Assembly (NCBI GenBank): GCA_009914755.4 | Contig: CP068257.2 | Span: 22,656,001 to 22,720,000 of the forward strand | Origin: the human T2T-CHM13v2.0 reference genome, Homo sapiens | Length of the DNA: 64,000 nt | Reading direction: 5' to 3' | Part shown: piece after piece, positions 39,864 to 57,669 of the stretch | How positions within the stretch are numbered: position 1 is the stretch's first letter | Layout: every line of letters begins with the position of its first letter | Program-made: the position numbers and the translations under genes | Notes under the pieces: model-generated | Told to the model about the DNA's origin: nothing | What the model saw: only the letters and a program-made list of their open reading frames with translations | Databases searched by the model: none

Positions 39864-42800
39864 CACTATATGTAGTAAGCTTAGGATAAAGATTTGCCCG
39901 GGGACTGTCGGTTTTATGTCTTAATCAGGCTATGATTTCCATCCTATAGAGCACTTCTGGGAAAGACTGATGCCGTGTGCAATATATGGGTTCACCAGGT
40001 GGCCACTCCTGTGGAGAAAGAATAGTCACTATTTAGAAATCCAGAATTTACTAAAATAATTTATGTAAGAAGAAAAATAAAAGGACTTTGATGATTTTTG
40101 TACTGCTACAAGAAAGGAAACTTGATTAACTTTAGCAGATGCTAAAATGTACCAATCAGAAAAATTTAATGACCTTTATCAACACTAGGTCTCAAATTAC
40201 AGTTACATCTGGGAATCGAAATAATTTTAAACAAGATATCCTGTTTAATCTAGGGGGAATTACCAATGAAAACAGAAGAAAACAAGTACACCTCACCAGA
40301 GCTACTGCACTGCCCAAGTTCCCCATAGTCATAGCGCCCATTGCCCTAAAATATTCCATCAAAGACAGAAACTCTTACCATACAAGCCAAAACTTAAATA
40401 TTCATAAACAGTAACTAAATAAAATTAGTTAGTAATGAAATTAAGTTAAATTAAATTGCATTTAAATCTCTAGTCCTTAAAATGCTATTGACATAATGAG
40501 ACTTATTCCGTCCCCACCAGTTAAAATAGTTAATACCGCTTAGTATAAATAAAAACATGACCTTTAAGAGTAGAACTCGGCCTCTCTAGCATATCCCATA
40601 TGCAAGAAATGTTGGCCTCCTCCTCTCCCCATTCCTTTGCCAGATGCCATGGTGCTGGATGAAGTTATCCCTCTCCCAGACCCCTTGGCTACCTGGGCAG
40701 CTCCTTGTGATCAACTGAGTAAATAGCACAGAGCATTTCTAAATTGTATAGATGGCAGCACCACGTTACATATGATGAAGTCCCCAGGAGCGTTCTTGCC
40801 ATCTACCTTTCAATCATGATATCACAGATCAAAGACACACAAAAAGTCAGCACAAATGGCCTGGCTTTGGGCATTCATTCCTAGCACTGGATGCCCTGGC
40901 CAACAACAGCCCCATCTGCACATTTTTACAGATTATTGAGCTATTGCCACTATTCTGGTCATCTGATCCAGCCAATGGCCAAAGCAACAATTCTTTATCC
41001 AAGGTTTCTCTATTTGTGGTAAAGAACATATGGGGTAAACAATATAAACCACAGTTCTCTATGTCTCTGTACATAGTAAAGCCACAATACAAGTTCTTAT
41101 CAAGGCATTTATACCCTTTGGATTTCAAGATAGCTTTCATAGTGGCCAAGGTACATCTCACTTCTCAAAAATGCGCAGTGCTGGGATCCTGGACAAAGCA
41201 TTCAGTGAAACTAAACTTTCTTACTGGCCTAGGCTACAGCTCTCATAGAATGTCAGGCATATAGCTTATAAAGACAAATTTTAATGTTTCAAGTCCCACT
41301 CCTCCTTCTTCGCCTGTATCTAAGCAAGACAAAAATAGAGCCCAGCTGCTTCCTCCTTTGGTACCAGCAAGAAGTTTAAATAATGCAAGTCACTGGCCCA
41401 AACAGGAACTCTCACCCTGGCCCCACCTCTAATCATAATACTAATAATTAAAGCCAGTTTCTACTCTTTTCTCTCTCAAGTCATTTTCAGACCTTCAGGG
41501 AAGCCTCACTTGCTCTTTCCCAAAAAACTCATTTTAAGTGTAGTAAAACTTTCCATGCTATTTTGGGGAATGTGTATATATATAAATTATGAATTAATGC
41601 AATTAAAATTAATATAAATTCAAAAAAGTGGTCACATGGGCAGTGAGGACTGCATATTATCAGAAAATGGCATGCAGAAGATATTGAGAACGTTGGAAAT
41701 GTTGTATTTCTTAATCCATGGTGCTCACATTTGTAACCATCATTTTTTCCTTTAAGCTTTCTCATAGGTTTTAACATTTATATTCAATTGCAGAATACCA
41801 AATAGAGTAATATAATCAATAGTGTAGTTATTGAAAAATAGAAATGAAAAACTGAGTTTGAAGCAAAGGCAGGTATCAAACATTTGAAAAAAAGTTTTAA
41901 ATATTTAAACCGGTAGCGATTTTTCATAAAAATTAAGTCTCTACCGTAATAAAAATAATAACTAATGGAAAATTGTTATCATGTGATCTAAAATTATTTC
42001 TCATCTTATTTTTATCTTATGGCAATATTAACTTAGGCACTGAAAAATTCAAAAACTAAAGCAAACCAAAATATGTTCATGTACTTGGGAGAACAATTTA
42101 AATCAAATACTAGTGGCCTGTTTTTTTATTGTAATCAATTCAGATGATAATTTTTATATACTTCAAATTTATGGTTAAATGTCACTAACATATTATGGAT
42201 TTAATATCTTTAAAAATTCGTTTTAAAGTCAGAGGTCATAGGTAATATTCCTGTTGTTAAATAATATCTATGAACCTCAGTTTTCCCACAGATAAAAGAA
42301 GGATAATAGAACTGTTGAAAGAGGGTTGCTATAAGGAATAAAAGAGGTAATAAAACTGAAAATGACATTCGCAGGGTCTAACTTACATAAGATACTCAAT
42401 AATTTTTGGCATAATTTAAGAATCCTCTGAGAATAAGAAAATATTTCACTTCTCAATGAAACATTAGAAGAATGGCTTTTGTCTCTTGAACACCGACATA
42501 AAATCATACTGCTAATTAATTGGCCATCGAGACTAATCAGAAGGAACAGTATGATAAGTTTGGTCAGTGAATGCTCAGGAAGCAATCACATCAGAATGAT
42601 AAATGCATCTATAGTTCTCGGGAACATAAATTTATTTTCAGGAGTGGCTCAGTGACAAAGGATTGACTCCTAGTTCTGATAAAATTGTTAACTCAAGTTA
42701 CCATACTATTTTTATTTAAGAAATACTGATTTCAGCCCTCTTGATACACTGATTTTTCCAATGTCATTGCTGATTCATGTTTGATTATACTACCCCTCCC

Positions 42801-43134
42801 TTTTTTTTTTTGGACCTTTCCATATCCATTTATATGATTTGCCTGATTTCTATAAAACAGATCAGGATATGAAGAAGAAAACAATAAAAAAATCATGTCT
42901 AGCAAGGACAGAGGTCACCTCCAATGGAGACACTTCAGGAATTGCTCGGGAAAGAACATCAAGTGGTCAAACAGGAGGATATATGTGGTTCAAGCTACAG
43001 AAACAGCAACAGGCTGAGCAGCCAACATAAGGTAAGAACTGATTCCAGGATGGGTGACTCTGCTATGTGTTGCCTGATCTGGATACATTTTAAATTGAAC
43101 TCCATCATTTTTTGAGGCCCTCTGGGAAACGTAT

Positions 43135-43350
43135 CCATTGAAAACAGTCGACACCAGGGTCTACTTGAATGGGGCTGGGGGAGGTGGGATGAGGGAGAGG
43201 AGCAGAAAAGACAACTACTGGGTACTGGGCTTAATAACTGGGTGATGAAATAATATGTACAACAAATCTCATGACACATATTTTCCCATTTAACAAACCT
43301 GCACATGCACCTCCAAACCAAAAATAAAAATAAAAATAAATGAATAACAA
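43135..43350 (+). mobile_element. L1 3'-UTR terminal fragment (L1PB/L1PA-older-like), plus orientation, with an (AAAAAT)n tail
   Basis: gaaaacagtcgacaccagggtctacttgaatggggctgggggaggtgggatgagggagaggagcagaaaagacaactactgggtactgggcttaataactgggtgatgaaataatatgtacaacaaatctcatgacacatattttcccatttaacaaacctgcacatgcacctccaaaccaaaaataaaaataaaaataaatg. Confidence 0.75.
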
Positions 43351-44010
43351 CACCACAAAGACCAGCAGGATTCCAGCCTGATACTGTAATGTATTTTGGA
43401 TTCTTAACTCGATCCTAAAATAGGAAATTTGTGCATTGCTAGTGACAGAAGGAATATTATTTGCAAGATTTATTGGCAACTTTGCATTTATTCTCGAAGG
43501 CAGTGGTTCCCAACCTTTTTGGCACCAGGGACCAGTTTCATGGAAGACAATTTTTCACAGATGGGGGAAGGTGGGAGGATGGTTTTGGTATTATTCAAGC
43601 TATTACATTTATCATTAAATTCTCATAAGGACAACACAGCCTAGATCCCTCCCATGCACAGTTCACAGTGGGGTTGGCATTCCTATGAGAACCTAATGCT
43701 ACGGCTGATCTGACAGGAGGCAGAGCTCAGGTGGCCATGCTTGCTTGCCCCTGGCTCACTTTCTGTTGTGCAGCCAGTGCCTCAAATGCCATGGGCCAGT
43801 ATAAACACAGAAGATGGGAACACCTGCTCTAAGGCCTAACTTAGAATATTTTTTGTAATTTCTATCCCTCTAGTATAGCCACAATTCCCAAATGGGCTTT
43901 CAAAAGCGTGTAAAAAAATATTATTTGGAAGTTTTAATGGGGAAAAATAACTGAATACAGATGAATCTGCAAAAGAAAAACTATGAATGTTATGGAACCT
44001 CCTTTATTAA

Positions 44011-44083
44011 ATCTATCTATCTATCTATCTATGTATCTATCTATCAACTGTCTATCATCTGTCTATTTATCATCTATCTATCT
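44011..44083. repeat. Tetranucleotide STR (ATCT)n/(TCTA)n, interrupted, about 18 units
   Basis: atctatctatctatctatctatctatgtatctatctatcaactgtctatcatctgtctatttatcatctatctatctc. Source of the ORF 43961-44149 (SIYLSIYVSIY...). Confidence 0.9.
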
Positions 44084-45727
44084 CAGCTGTCTTTCACTTG
44101 GATGATGCTAATTATTGTTTATTTAGCTATTTTCCAGTTCTACTTGTGAAAAGAAATAGGAAGAGACAATACTAATCTAGAATAGTCTATGAAAGTTAAC
44201 TTTAGATGAAAGTACACTTACAATAAATGCTTTAAGTCAAAAGGAACTAATAAATTGCCCATCTTTAAAAAGTGTCTAATATCACGGGACAATTCCATGA
44301 AAATTTCTCTGAAAATTTGTTAAGATCTTTACATTTGTTTCAGTGCAATGCCCAGTGTTATGAGAGAGATTACTAATAAACTAGATATAAAGAGGGAAAC
44401 AGCCTAATGCCTCTAAAAATGATAGTGCTACTATACATACATTTTAATGTCTTCTTTTTGTGTACGAAATGAGTATTTGTTTTAGTGAGAAATAAAGTTA
44501 TTAAATGCTGGAACTGGCCTCTGGAAAATTTGGCTGCTGAAGTCTCTTATTGTTCATTTTCATCTAATCAGCGATTTTGAATTATTTTATCTATGAGTAG
44601 GATGATTAACTCACATATTTCGATGAAGTTATATAATGCAATGCATTTATATATGATATTGATTTAAATAGCTATAATTGATAATTGCAAAATAAACATT
44701 GGTGATAACTTCAGGTCTTGCTTTATATCAAAATATATAGTTTATTAGGTACATAGTATTTGTCTGAATCAAAATATAATTAATCGTACATAATTGAAAA
44801 CTTTAAACTCTTTTTTCTAAAGGATATAACTTAACCAAAAATTCAGATTTTGAATGATGTTATTGGACAATACAAAAATTAAGGTTTCTGTAACTCATGA
44901 GTAGCAAAATTAGTGACTCTGGGCATGTCTAATTCTAGCAAATATCTTCTCTCTACACAATAAAGAACGATTAAAGCAACAAGAGAAAAGAAATGTACCA
45001 AAATGGTTCTAAAATTACTGATTATAATTAAATCAACTCTGTCATCATTTTCTGTGACAAAAAGCTTGAAGTTACGCACATTGCCTCACTTAGCATAGTG
45101 TTTCCATTCGTATTCAGATTTATGTATGCTTAAGCATGATATCTGTGTTAGGTAATAACATATGGTTATTTAGCCATGCCATGCAAATTACAAATGAATG
45201 CATATTTTAAATAAAGATTGGTGTTAGCTGCAATGCCTTAGCAAATTAATGTTTTCTCTTTAGTAATTAAATACACAAAGCATGTTTCTTTTAGCCTCCA
45301 GGTTTTCTTATTATTGGCCATTTTATGACATTTTCAAAGTAGTCTACCAAATAGAAAAGATCCGTGCTGCCCTTTATAAAACAATACAGAGAAATGTTTA
45401 TACTTTCAAGCCTGAAAAAGTGACTTGAAATTAATAACTTTTTTTCTAAAAGAAGTCAATAGATTATAAGTCATGGAAGTTAATATAATTTATTTTTGGA
45501 ATTTGTTGTCAGTGAGACTACTAATGCACTACTCTGCCATCTCCCTAACCCTCCCCAATCAATAATACTTTTTAAAAGATATGTGGTTTAATATCCATAT
45601 GCTTAAAATATATGCTTTAAATACAAATTTCTTAAGGAATTGGAGCTTTGTGTGACACTGATGCAAGATGTTATCTTTGCTTCAAAGAGTCAGACTTTAT
45701 GGCAGTTCCCTGTAGTGTGCACAATTT

Positions 45728-45771
45728 GTGAGTGTGTGTGTGTGTGCGTGCGTGTGTGCGTGTGTGTGTGT
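45728..45771. repeat. (GT)n microsatellite with GC interruptions, at the 3' terminus of the minus-strand L1
   Basis: gtgagtgtgtgtgtgtgtgcgtgcgtgtgtgcgtgtgtgtgtgtt, directly followed by aagaacacttaatatgagatctaccctcttagcaaatttt, which is the reverse complement of an L1 3' end (...aaatttgctaagagggtagatctcatattaagtgttctt). Confidence 0.9.
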
Positions 45772-45772
45772 T

Positions 45773-50150
<4,378 letters not shown>

Positions 50151-50683
50151 ATATCTCACTTTTATTACTATTTTTTCATCCTTCTAGTATATTAACTTCG
50201 GAAAAACATTATTCTATTTATAGCATTCTGTTTTTAGTAGTGCTATTTCCATTTACAAAATATAGTAATTCTTGATTGTTGAAAATGTCAAATATTAGAA
50301 AATGTAGTGTTAAAAGCAAAATTTCAGCCAAATTAAATTTTAAAAAGTTTAATTGAGCAATGAACTATTCATGAATAGGGCAGCCTCCCTGAACCAGAAT
50401 AGGGTCAGAGACTCCAGTGCAGCCATGTGGTGGGAGAAGATTTATGGAAAGAAAAAAGGAAATTGACATAGAGAAAATGGAAGTGAGGTACAGAAGCAGC
50501 TGGGTTGGTTACAGCTGAACCTTTGCCTTATTTGAACATGGTTCAAACAGTTGGCCACATTTGATTGGCCAAAACTTGGTGATTGGCACAAGAGTAGACG
50601 ATAGTCTGTTTATACTTTCATTTAGTCTAGAGTTTGTGATGTACAGAGAAACGTTTAGGCCAAACTTAAAATATGTAAGGAGG

Positions 50684-50980
<297 letters not shown>

Positions 50981-53161
50981 TTAAACTAAACTTGATTTAA
51001 CAGTAGCATTCTTAAACGTGAGGTTAACATCATTCTCAAAGAGTTGACCAAGGATTCATTTGATAAATTCGGTTTTTCGGAAATAGATGATTCTGGTGAT
51101 TCAGACAATTCTGATATTAGTTCTGTTTAGAAATAACTCCAAGAACAGTTTTTATATTTTGTTCTTACATTTAAAACCAGTCAGGTTGTTTCAGCCTCAA
51201 AGAGGATACTTATGTAAAATTAAATGAGCGCCGGCAGAAGCTGCATTTTTTTTTCTAAACAGGAAAAGGGTTAAAAAATTAGGGAAGGATTTATTACTGC
51301 CATTTTGTTAATTATATTTTCTGTCTTTTTTGTAGTTCTTTATCCTTCTTTTCTCTTATGCTATCTTTCTTTGTGATTAGTTGATTTTTTATGGTGATTT
51401 GCTTTGATTCTTTTTTTCTCTTGTGTATCTTCCATACACACACACTGTCTTTGTGTGTACAAGAGTTTTAACTCTTATTTTCTTTAATAATTGAGAGATG
51501 TAATATACTACTATGTATGTGAGAGTTTTAAAAAATCATATATATTCGTGGGGATTTATTAGACTTGCAGTAACCACGAACTGATGAACTGATTTGTTTC
51601 TTTACACAACATAGATTTAGTGGTTACTAAGTGATATAGCTGAAGTTTAGACAAATTAAGTAACTTACCTAACGTGACTTAAGTTACATGTGGCATTGAA
51701 GAGTTCTCTGTAGACTCTTGACCCTGAGAGCCAGATTGCTGGCATACAGGATCTTCACCACAATTGCCAACATTGAAACCTAACACAATAGCCTCCCGTT
51801 TGTCTACAGAGGGTATCTTCCAAGGCCCCCGTTGGATATCTGAAATTGCAGAGAATACCGAACCCAAAATATACTCTACTTTTTATACATACATACCTAA
51901 AATACAATTTAATTTATAAATTAGTCACAGTAAGAGATTAAAAACAATAATAATAAAGTGAGTTATTATAACAGTATGTAAGCCTTACCATTCTTGGGGC
52001 CACTATTAAGTAAAATAATGGTTACTTGAATAAAAGCACTGCAATATCTCAATCACCATCCAATAATTGAGATGGCTACTAAGTAACTAATGGGCAGGTA
52101 GCATATGAAACAAGGATACTTTGAACAAAGGGCTACTTTATGTTCCAGGATGGATGGAGTGGGATGTTGAGAGATGTCATCATGCTACTCAGAAGGGCAG
52201 GCAATTTAAAACATATGAATTATTATTTCTAGAATTTTTTATTTAATATTTTCATACTGTAATTGACTGTGGGTAACCAAGAAAGGTAAAACTGTGGATA
52301 AGGAGGCACTACTCTAATAAGGATAAAACTCACATTTGTCCTTTGAAATGTAAATACTCTTCAAGAGACATTCAACATTGAAACTTATATGACTTTAGAA
52401 CTCAATGAAGAAATTTAGAGATTTCTAGTATAAAAAGACTAAGCTTTAAAGAAAAACAACTCTTTTAGATTTAGCTGAAAACAGCTTATAATGAATATAC
52501 AATTGAAATAATTATTGTTGTAAAAGTAAATATGCTTAAATATGTCTTTCTGTTTGGGATATTTTTATCATGTTAAAGTACCACATCAACACACTACTTT
52601 TTTAAAGAAAGAGAGAACTTTTAGATTGCAAAAGTGTACGTAGAAAATAAGTAAGTAGTGAAATTTTGAAATATTTACCATCAACAAACACTATCAAAGC
52701 TAGAGGTGTGCAGTTGTTTTCAATTCTGAATAAATTTCATAAAATAAATAATACTAAACATTACTCACTTTTTCAACTTAAAAAAAAAATCTTTTCAGTG
52801 ATTTTCTGGTTTTCAAGCATCAGTAAAAGAAAGAGCATCAGGCTGAATCCTGATGTGAACCTGACTCAGTGGGTAGAACATCTGTCTTCTCTGAGAGCTT
52901 GTCAGTTTGGGTAAATGATTGATTATGCTACTCAGGGTCAAGGATAGACAACACCACAGCACTAACTGACAACAGCCATGAGTCCATAGCAAGATTTGCT
53001 CATCATATTCACTCAAATTTCTGGTCTCGGGCTAAAATACGCATGACATTTATTAACTGATAAGTTTGAACTATTTTATCTAAAATTAAATGATGTTTTT
53101 ATTTTTGAATAAATGAATATTCATGCTCTTTATTGAAATGAACACATTGAGATGTTCATTA

Positions 53162-53513
53162 CTGTATTAGTCTGTTCTCACACTGCTATGAAGAAATACC
53201 AGAGACTGGTTAATTTATAAAAGAAAGAGGGTTAGTTGGCTCACAATTTTGTTTGGCTGGGGTGGCCTCAGGAAACATAATCATGGTGGAAGACAAAGGA
53301 TAAGCAGGCACCTTCTTCACAGGGCGGCAGGACGGAGTGAGTGCAACCAGGGGAAATTCCAGAGAACCATCAGAATTCATAAGACTCACGCATTATCATG
53401 AGAACAACATAGAGGAAACTGCCCCTGTGATTCGATTACCTCCACTTGGTCCCGCCATGACACGTGGAGATTATGGGGATTACATTTCAAGAGGAGATTT
53501 TAGTGGGAACAAA
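53162..53513 (-). mobile_element. THE1/MST-family MaLR solo LTR, antisense orientation
   Basis: tgtattagtctgttctcacactgctatgaagaaataccagagactggttaatttataaaagaaagagggttagttggctcacaattttgtttggctggggtggcctcaggaaacataatcatggtggaagacaaaggataagcaggcaccttcttcacagggcggcaggacggagtgagtgcaaccaggggaaattccagagaaccatcagaattcataagactcacgcattatcatgagaacaacatagaggaaactgcccctgtgattcgattacctccacttggtcccgccatgacacgtggagattatggggattacatttcaagaggagattttagtgggaac. This is the reverse complement of the THE1 sense LTR TGATATGG...TAATACA. Confidence 0.7.
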
Positions 53514-54384
53514 TGATATGGATTGGGGAGCGAATTCACATCAGTTACTAATAGATGCAAAGTGATCCAATATTACAACCTCAATAAAGTAGGTTTAAAA
53601 TTTTTTAATCCTTATAATAAAATTATTAAAAAAGAATTCTGGAGAATTCTTGATGGAAATCATCAATATTCCTAGAGAAAAATTCTACAAACTTCAGATG
53701 AATCTGAATGGTCATCCTTAAAGGTCATCCATCTTTCTGTTTGTTTTCATCTAAAAGACATCATACTTTCAATACTGCAAAACTACTTGTTTAAGTAGCT
53801 TTATTTTGGATAAGTATTCACTTCATATATTTTATGAATTTGTGACAAAGCTAATCTAATAAAATATGGGTATTTGTTTTTGTATCTTTGAAAATTTCAC
53901 TCATTGTCTTCTTGGTCTGACCACTGGGGCAAATAATATTTTCAATATAAAACATAAATAAATATAAATACATATTTATATTGTAGATAGTATACAACAT
54001 GACTATTTTATTACATAGAAAATATATATTTATATTGTATTGCCAATATATATTTAACATATATAAAATATAAAATATACAATAAACAACATACAGTAAG
54101 TTCCCACATATTGTTGTAGAGAGGTTCTTGGAAACTGTGATGCTAAGCAAAATGACATAAAAGGAAACCCATTTTACCATAGGTTAATTGATATAAATAA
54201 GAGTTGAGTTCCTATAACATATTTCTGGTCACAAAAACATCACCAAACTTCTAAATGAAAACCAAAACATTTTAATATTTAATATTTATTGCAATATTAA
54301 ACATTGAGATAAATGTAAGCTATACATACATTTAAGAAAGATTAATAAAAACAAGATCACTACTTAGCCAATGATTCCAGTTCA

Positions 54385-54620
54385 GTGTCATGTGTGGCAG
54401 GAACCTACCTCAGCAGCTCAGTGCCAAGGCTGGAATCAACCTTGGACAGGATGGCATTCCCTCTCGGCATGCACTCAAACACACACCCACACTCACTCAG
54501 ATGGGACCAAAGAGACACACCAGTTCACTCATGTGCACATCTTTGGAACGTGGGAGGAAACTGGAGTACCCAGAGAATATCCACATAGACATGGGGAGAA
54601 CATGTGAACTCCACACAAAG
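54385..54620 (-). mobile_element. Ancient Deu-domain SINE remnant (AmnSINE1 / 5S-Deu-L2-like core), minus orientation
   Basis: The plus strand reads ctttggaacgtgggaggaaactggagtacccagagaatatccacatagacatggggagaacatgtgaactccacac (54541-54616). Its reverse complement is gtgtggagttcacatgttctccccatgtctatgtggatattctctgggtactccagtttcctcccacgttccaaag, which closely matches the Deu-domain consensus as I recall it: gtggagtttgcatgttctccccgtgtctgcgtgggtttcctccgggtactccggtttcctcccacagtccaaag. The block forms a local GC-rich island in AT-rich surroundings and generates three overlapping plus-frame ORFs (54371-54653). Confidence 0.5.
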
Positions 54621-55315
54621 ACTAGGGAATTGTTTTTTTTCTCATCAACATGATAACAAAGTGACATCGAATGAAATGAAGTTATTCAATGACATACTGT
54701 GTATAAATAAAGTGATCTATGTGGTGCTTAATGAGTTAATTTTAAAATTATTTTATTGAAGTTACAATAATTTATGTAAAAGGGTGGGGAAAATAACAAT
54801 TTAATCCCTCAAATTTGACATTACTCTTGGATTTGTTTTTTATGTGTAACACTTTCTCCCATCTACTCCATTCAGATCACTTCCAACTCAGATGATTGAA
54901 TTTAAAAAAATAAGCCTTAACTTTCCAGAGGCACTTATTGAATATCTGCTCTTTATTCATGTATACTTGGCTCACAGAACATTGCCTATTACATGGCAGG
55001 TGCTCAATGTATATTTGTTGAATAGATTGAATGAAATAAGTTTCTTGTATGCTGAAGAGTCTTATCAAAGATACTTGAGGTCTTTCATCTAAGGTGGAGT
55101 AGTTGAATTCTCAGGTAGATATTGCATAGTAATTGGAAACGTGACACATAAAATGGAGTAACTGAACTGAAACTAAAATATGTCTTATCAGGGCAATTCC
55201 GTGAGACTTTGAAAGCATTTTTAAGGCTGCAGTTTTGGTGAAAATATACATAAAGATAAATCAAAAGGAAAGCTACCTTGGACAGTATTTTTAAGGCATT
55301 AAAAGTCAGTTTGTG

Positions 55316-55656
<341 letters not shown>

Positions 55657-57669
55657 AATGTACTGCAGTTAAAATATACATATAGCTAGAATTGAAGGTT
55701 CTCACTTTTAGCTTCTATGTTTGATCTATTTATTTCATAGTGCTGCTGGCACAGCATTTTACTGTGTCACATAAATTAACTTTAAGCAATCTGTAAAACT
55801 TTTATTAATGATTCCAACAAGACTATACAAATCCTTTTGCTAATGAGGTCAAGGTATGCTTCAAACTCCAGGCAAAACAGCTGTCTTCTAACAGAGACAG
55901 TCTCATGCCTTTGCAGTGTATATCAGTTTATCAACTGGCTGTTTGACAAATACATCGCTTTGGTTACAAACATGAGAGCAAGATAGAGAATTGGGAAGAT
56001 AATAGGTTAAAAACTGGATAAAAATTTCAGTTTCTTTCCCTGAAGTATCAGCTTCGTAGAAACAAGAAAATATCTACTATGCTTTCATATTCTATTAGAT
56101 TTTCTAGTCACTCTATTCAGTTGTGTCCAGATTAATTTATGTCTTGAAATACTCTATTAATTGACAAATATTTATGATTCAGATTTAGCAAGACATTATC
56201 CTGTCAGCAGGTAGAAGGATGTGTAGGAAAATATAGAGGCTATCTTAAAAAGTCAGGTTTGATTATAAACAGATTTGTCCTTTAACTTTCTCCATTCACT
56301 TTTTCACTCGGTTAGGTTTCATATTTTGCTTAGGCATAATGAAGTATTATCTATCATCTAGGCCTACATGAAAACATTCTTTAAATTTAATTTAACTATT
56401 TTTCCTATCTGGCTTTAGAGTTTCTTTTTCAAATTCCTCTGCCTACTTCATGAGAAATTTGTATCCAAAAGTGAAATTATTTTTAATATATTTTAAATAA
56501 TTTATGCTTTAATCTTGTGTAAATAAAAATATTGACCCCAAGCTTAACTGCATACTTATTGGGATCATGGTTACCAATTATAGACTGAAGTGTTTATTTA
56601 ACCTTCTAGAAGGAACTGTAAATCTGCCATTAATAGAGAATGCTTCATGAGCTAGCAAATTAGAAAGCACCTATATTTAAAAGATTGTAGGAAGTGGAAA
56701 TTGCCTTTAATATTTAATTTTTGAATTACTTAGGAAGGCTGATCATTAACACAAACTAAATTATTTGAAGTGACTATTTAATTGGGAATATGTCAATAGA
56801 GATTTAATATATCTAGCAAACATTACATAATTTCAAACAAAATGCTCCATTACTTAATTTGACATGTATACAGTAGGTACCAGACATAGTGCCAAGTACT
56901 AAACACAACAGAGAATTAGGTGAATTGGATTCTTACATGCAAAAATACTCCAAGGACTTTCATTCTATTTACTGGTTGATTTGTCTTTGCAAAATAACAA
57001 AACGATTTAAAACCTAAACAGAAACAAAATATCTTAATATTAAAGCTTTCTTCAGAAACATTATTAAATTTCAACTGAGAACTATTAAATGTTAATGGTG
57101 TTTTGTTATTTTTATTGTCTAGAAAAAGGAAGTAAAATGTTACAAATAATTCTGGTAATAAACAGTCATCAGTGGCTACTGCAATATTGATAATTTTTTG
57201 CTATATAATTTTTCTTTTTTAAAAAATAGACCTGAAAACTGACCAAGTAAGAATTTTTTTTAATTCTTCTGTAGGAGTCTATATCATTTACTACATAAGG
57301 AAATTCTTAAGATGTCAAGTTGTCTTTTCCAATCAATGTACCTGTAAGTCTATAATCACCTAGTAATTGTTTTCACATATGTTTGATATACAATGAATTA
57401 CCCACATAATTTCCCAGACATTATCACTCAGCCCTAACTTTTCTCTTGGGTTCAGGGATATTAAAACAGTGGAGTGGAGAGTGGGATAAAATTCAATGAA
57501 AGAACCCAATAGTGGTGACTAAGTAAAATCAGGTGGAGAGAAAATTGATGGGGATGAAAGACAGTGTGACAAACGCTCTTCTCCTATTTCAGTGCTATCT
57601 CAACATTTCTCTGGTTTCTTTGCTAACACTATGTTCTTTTCAAGATTCTAAATTTTTATGTGTAGATGT

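Noticed and set aside
40140-40560. AT-rich stretch with motifs vaguely reminiscent of mitochondrial rRNA or D-loop (possible NUMT)
   Set aside because: I could not align it convincingly, from memory, to human mtDNA 12S, 16S or control-region sequence. The similarity is just AT-rich low complexity. Left unannotated.
42839-43031. 63-aa ORF (MPDFYKTDQDMKKK...) ending exactly at a strong AAG|GTAAGA donor-like site, considered as a coding exon
   Set aside because: The in-frame stop codon (TAA) sits immediately before the donor, so the ORF cannot continue through the putative splice. There is no upstream acceptor and no polypyrimidine tract. An isolated GTAAGA occurs by chance every few kb. An old L1 3' end follows at 43135.
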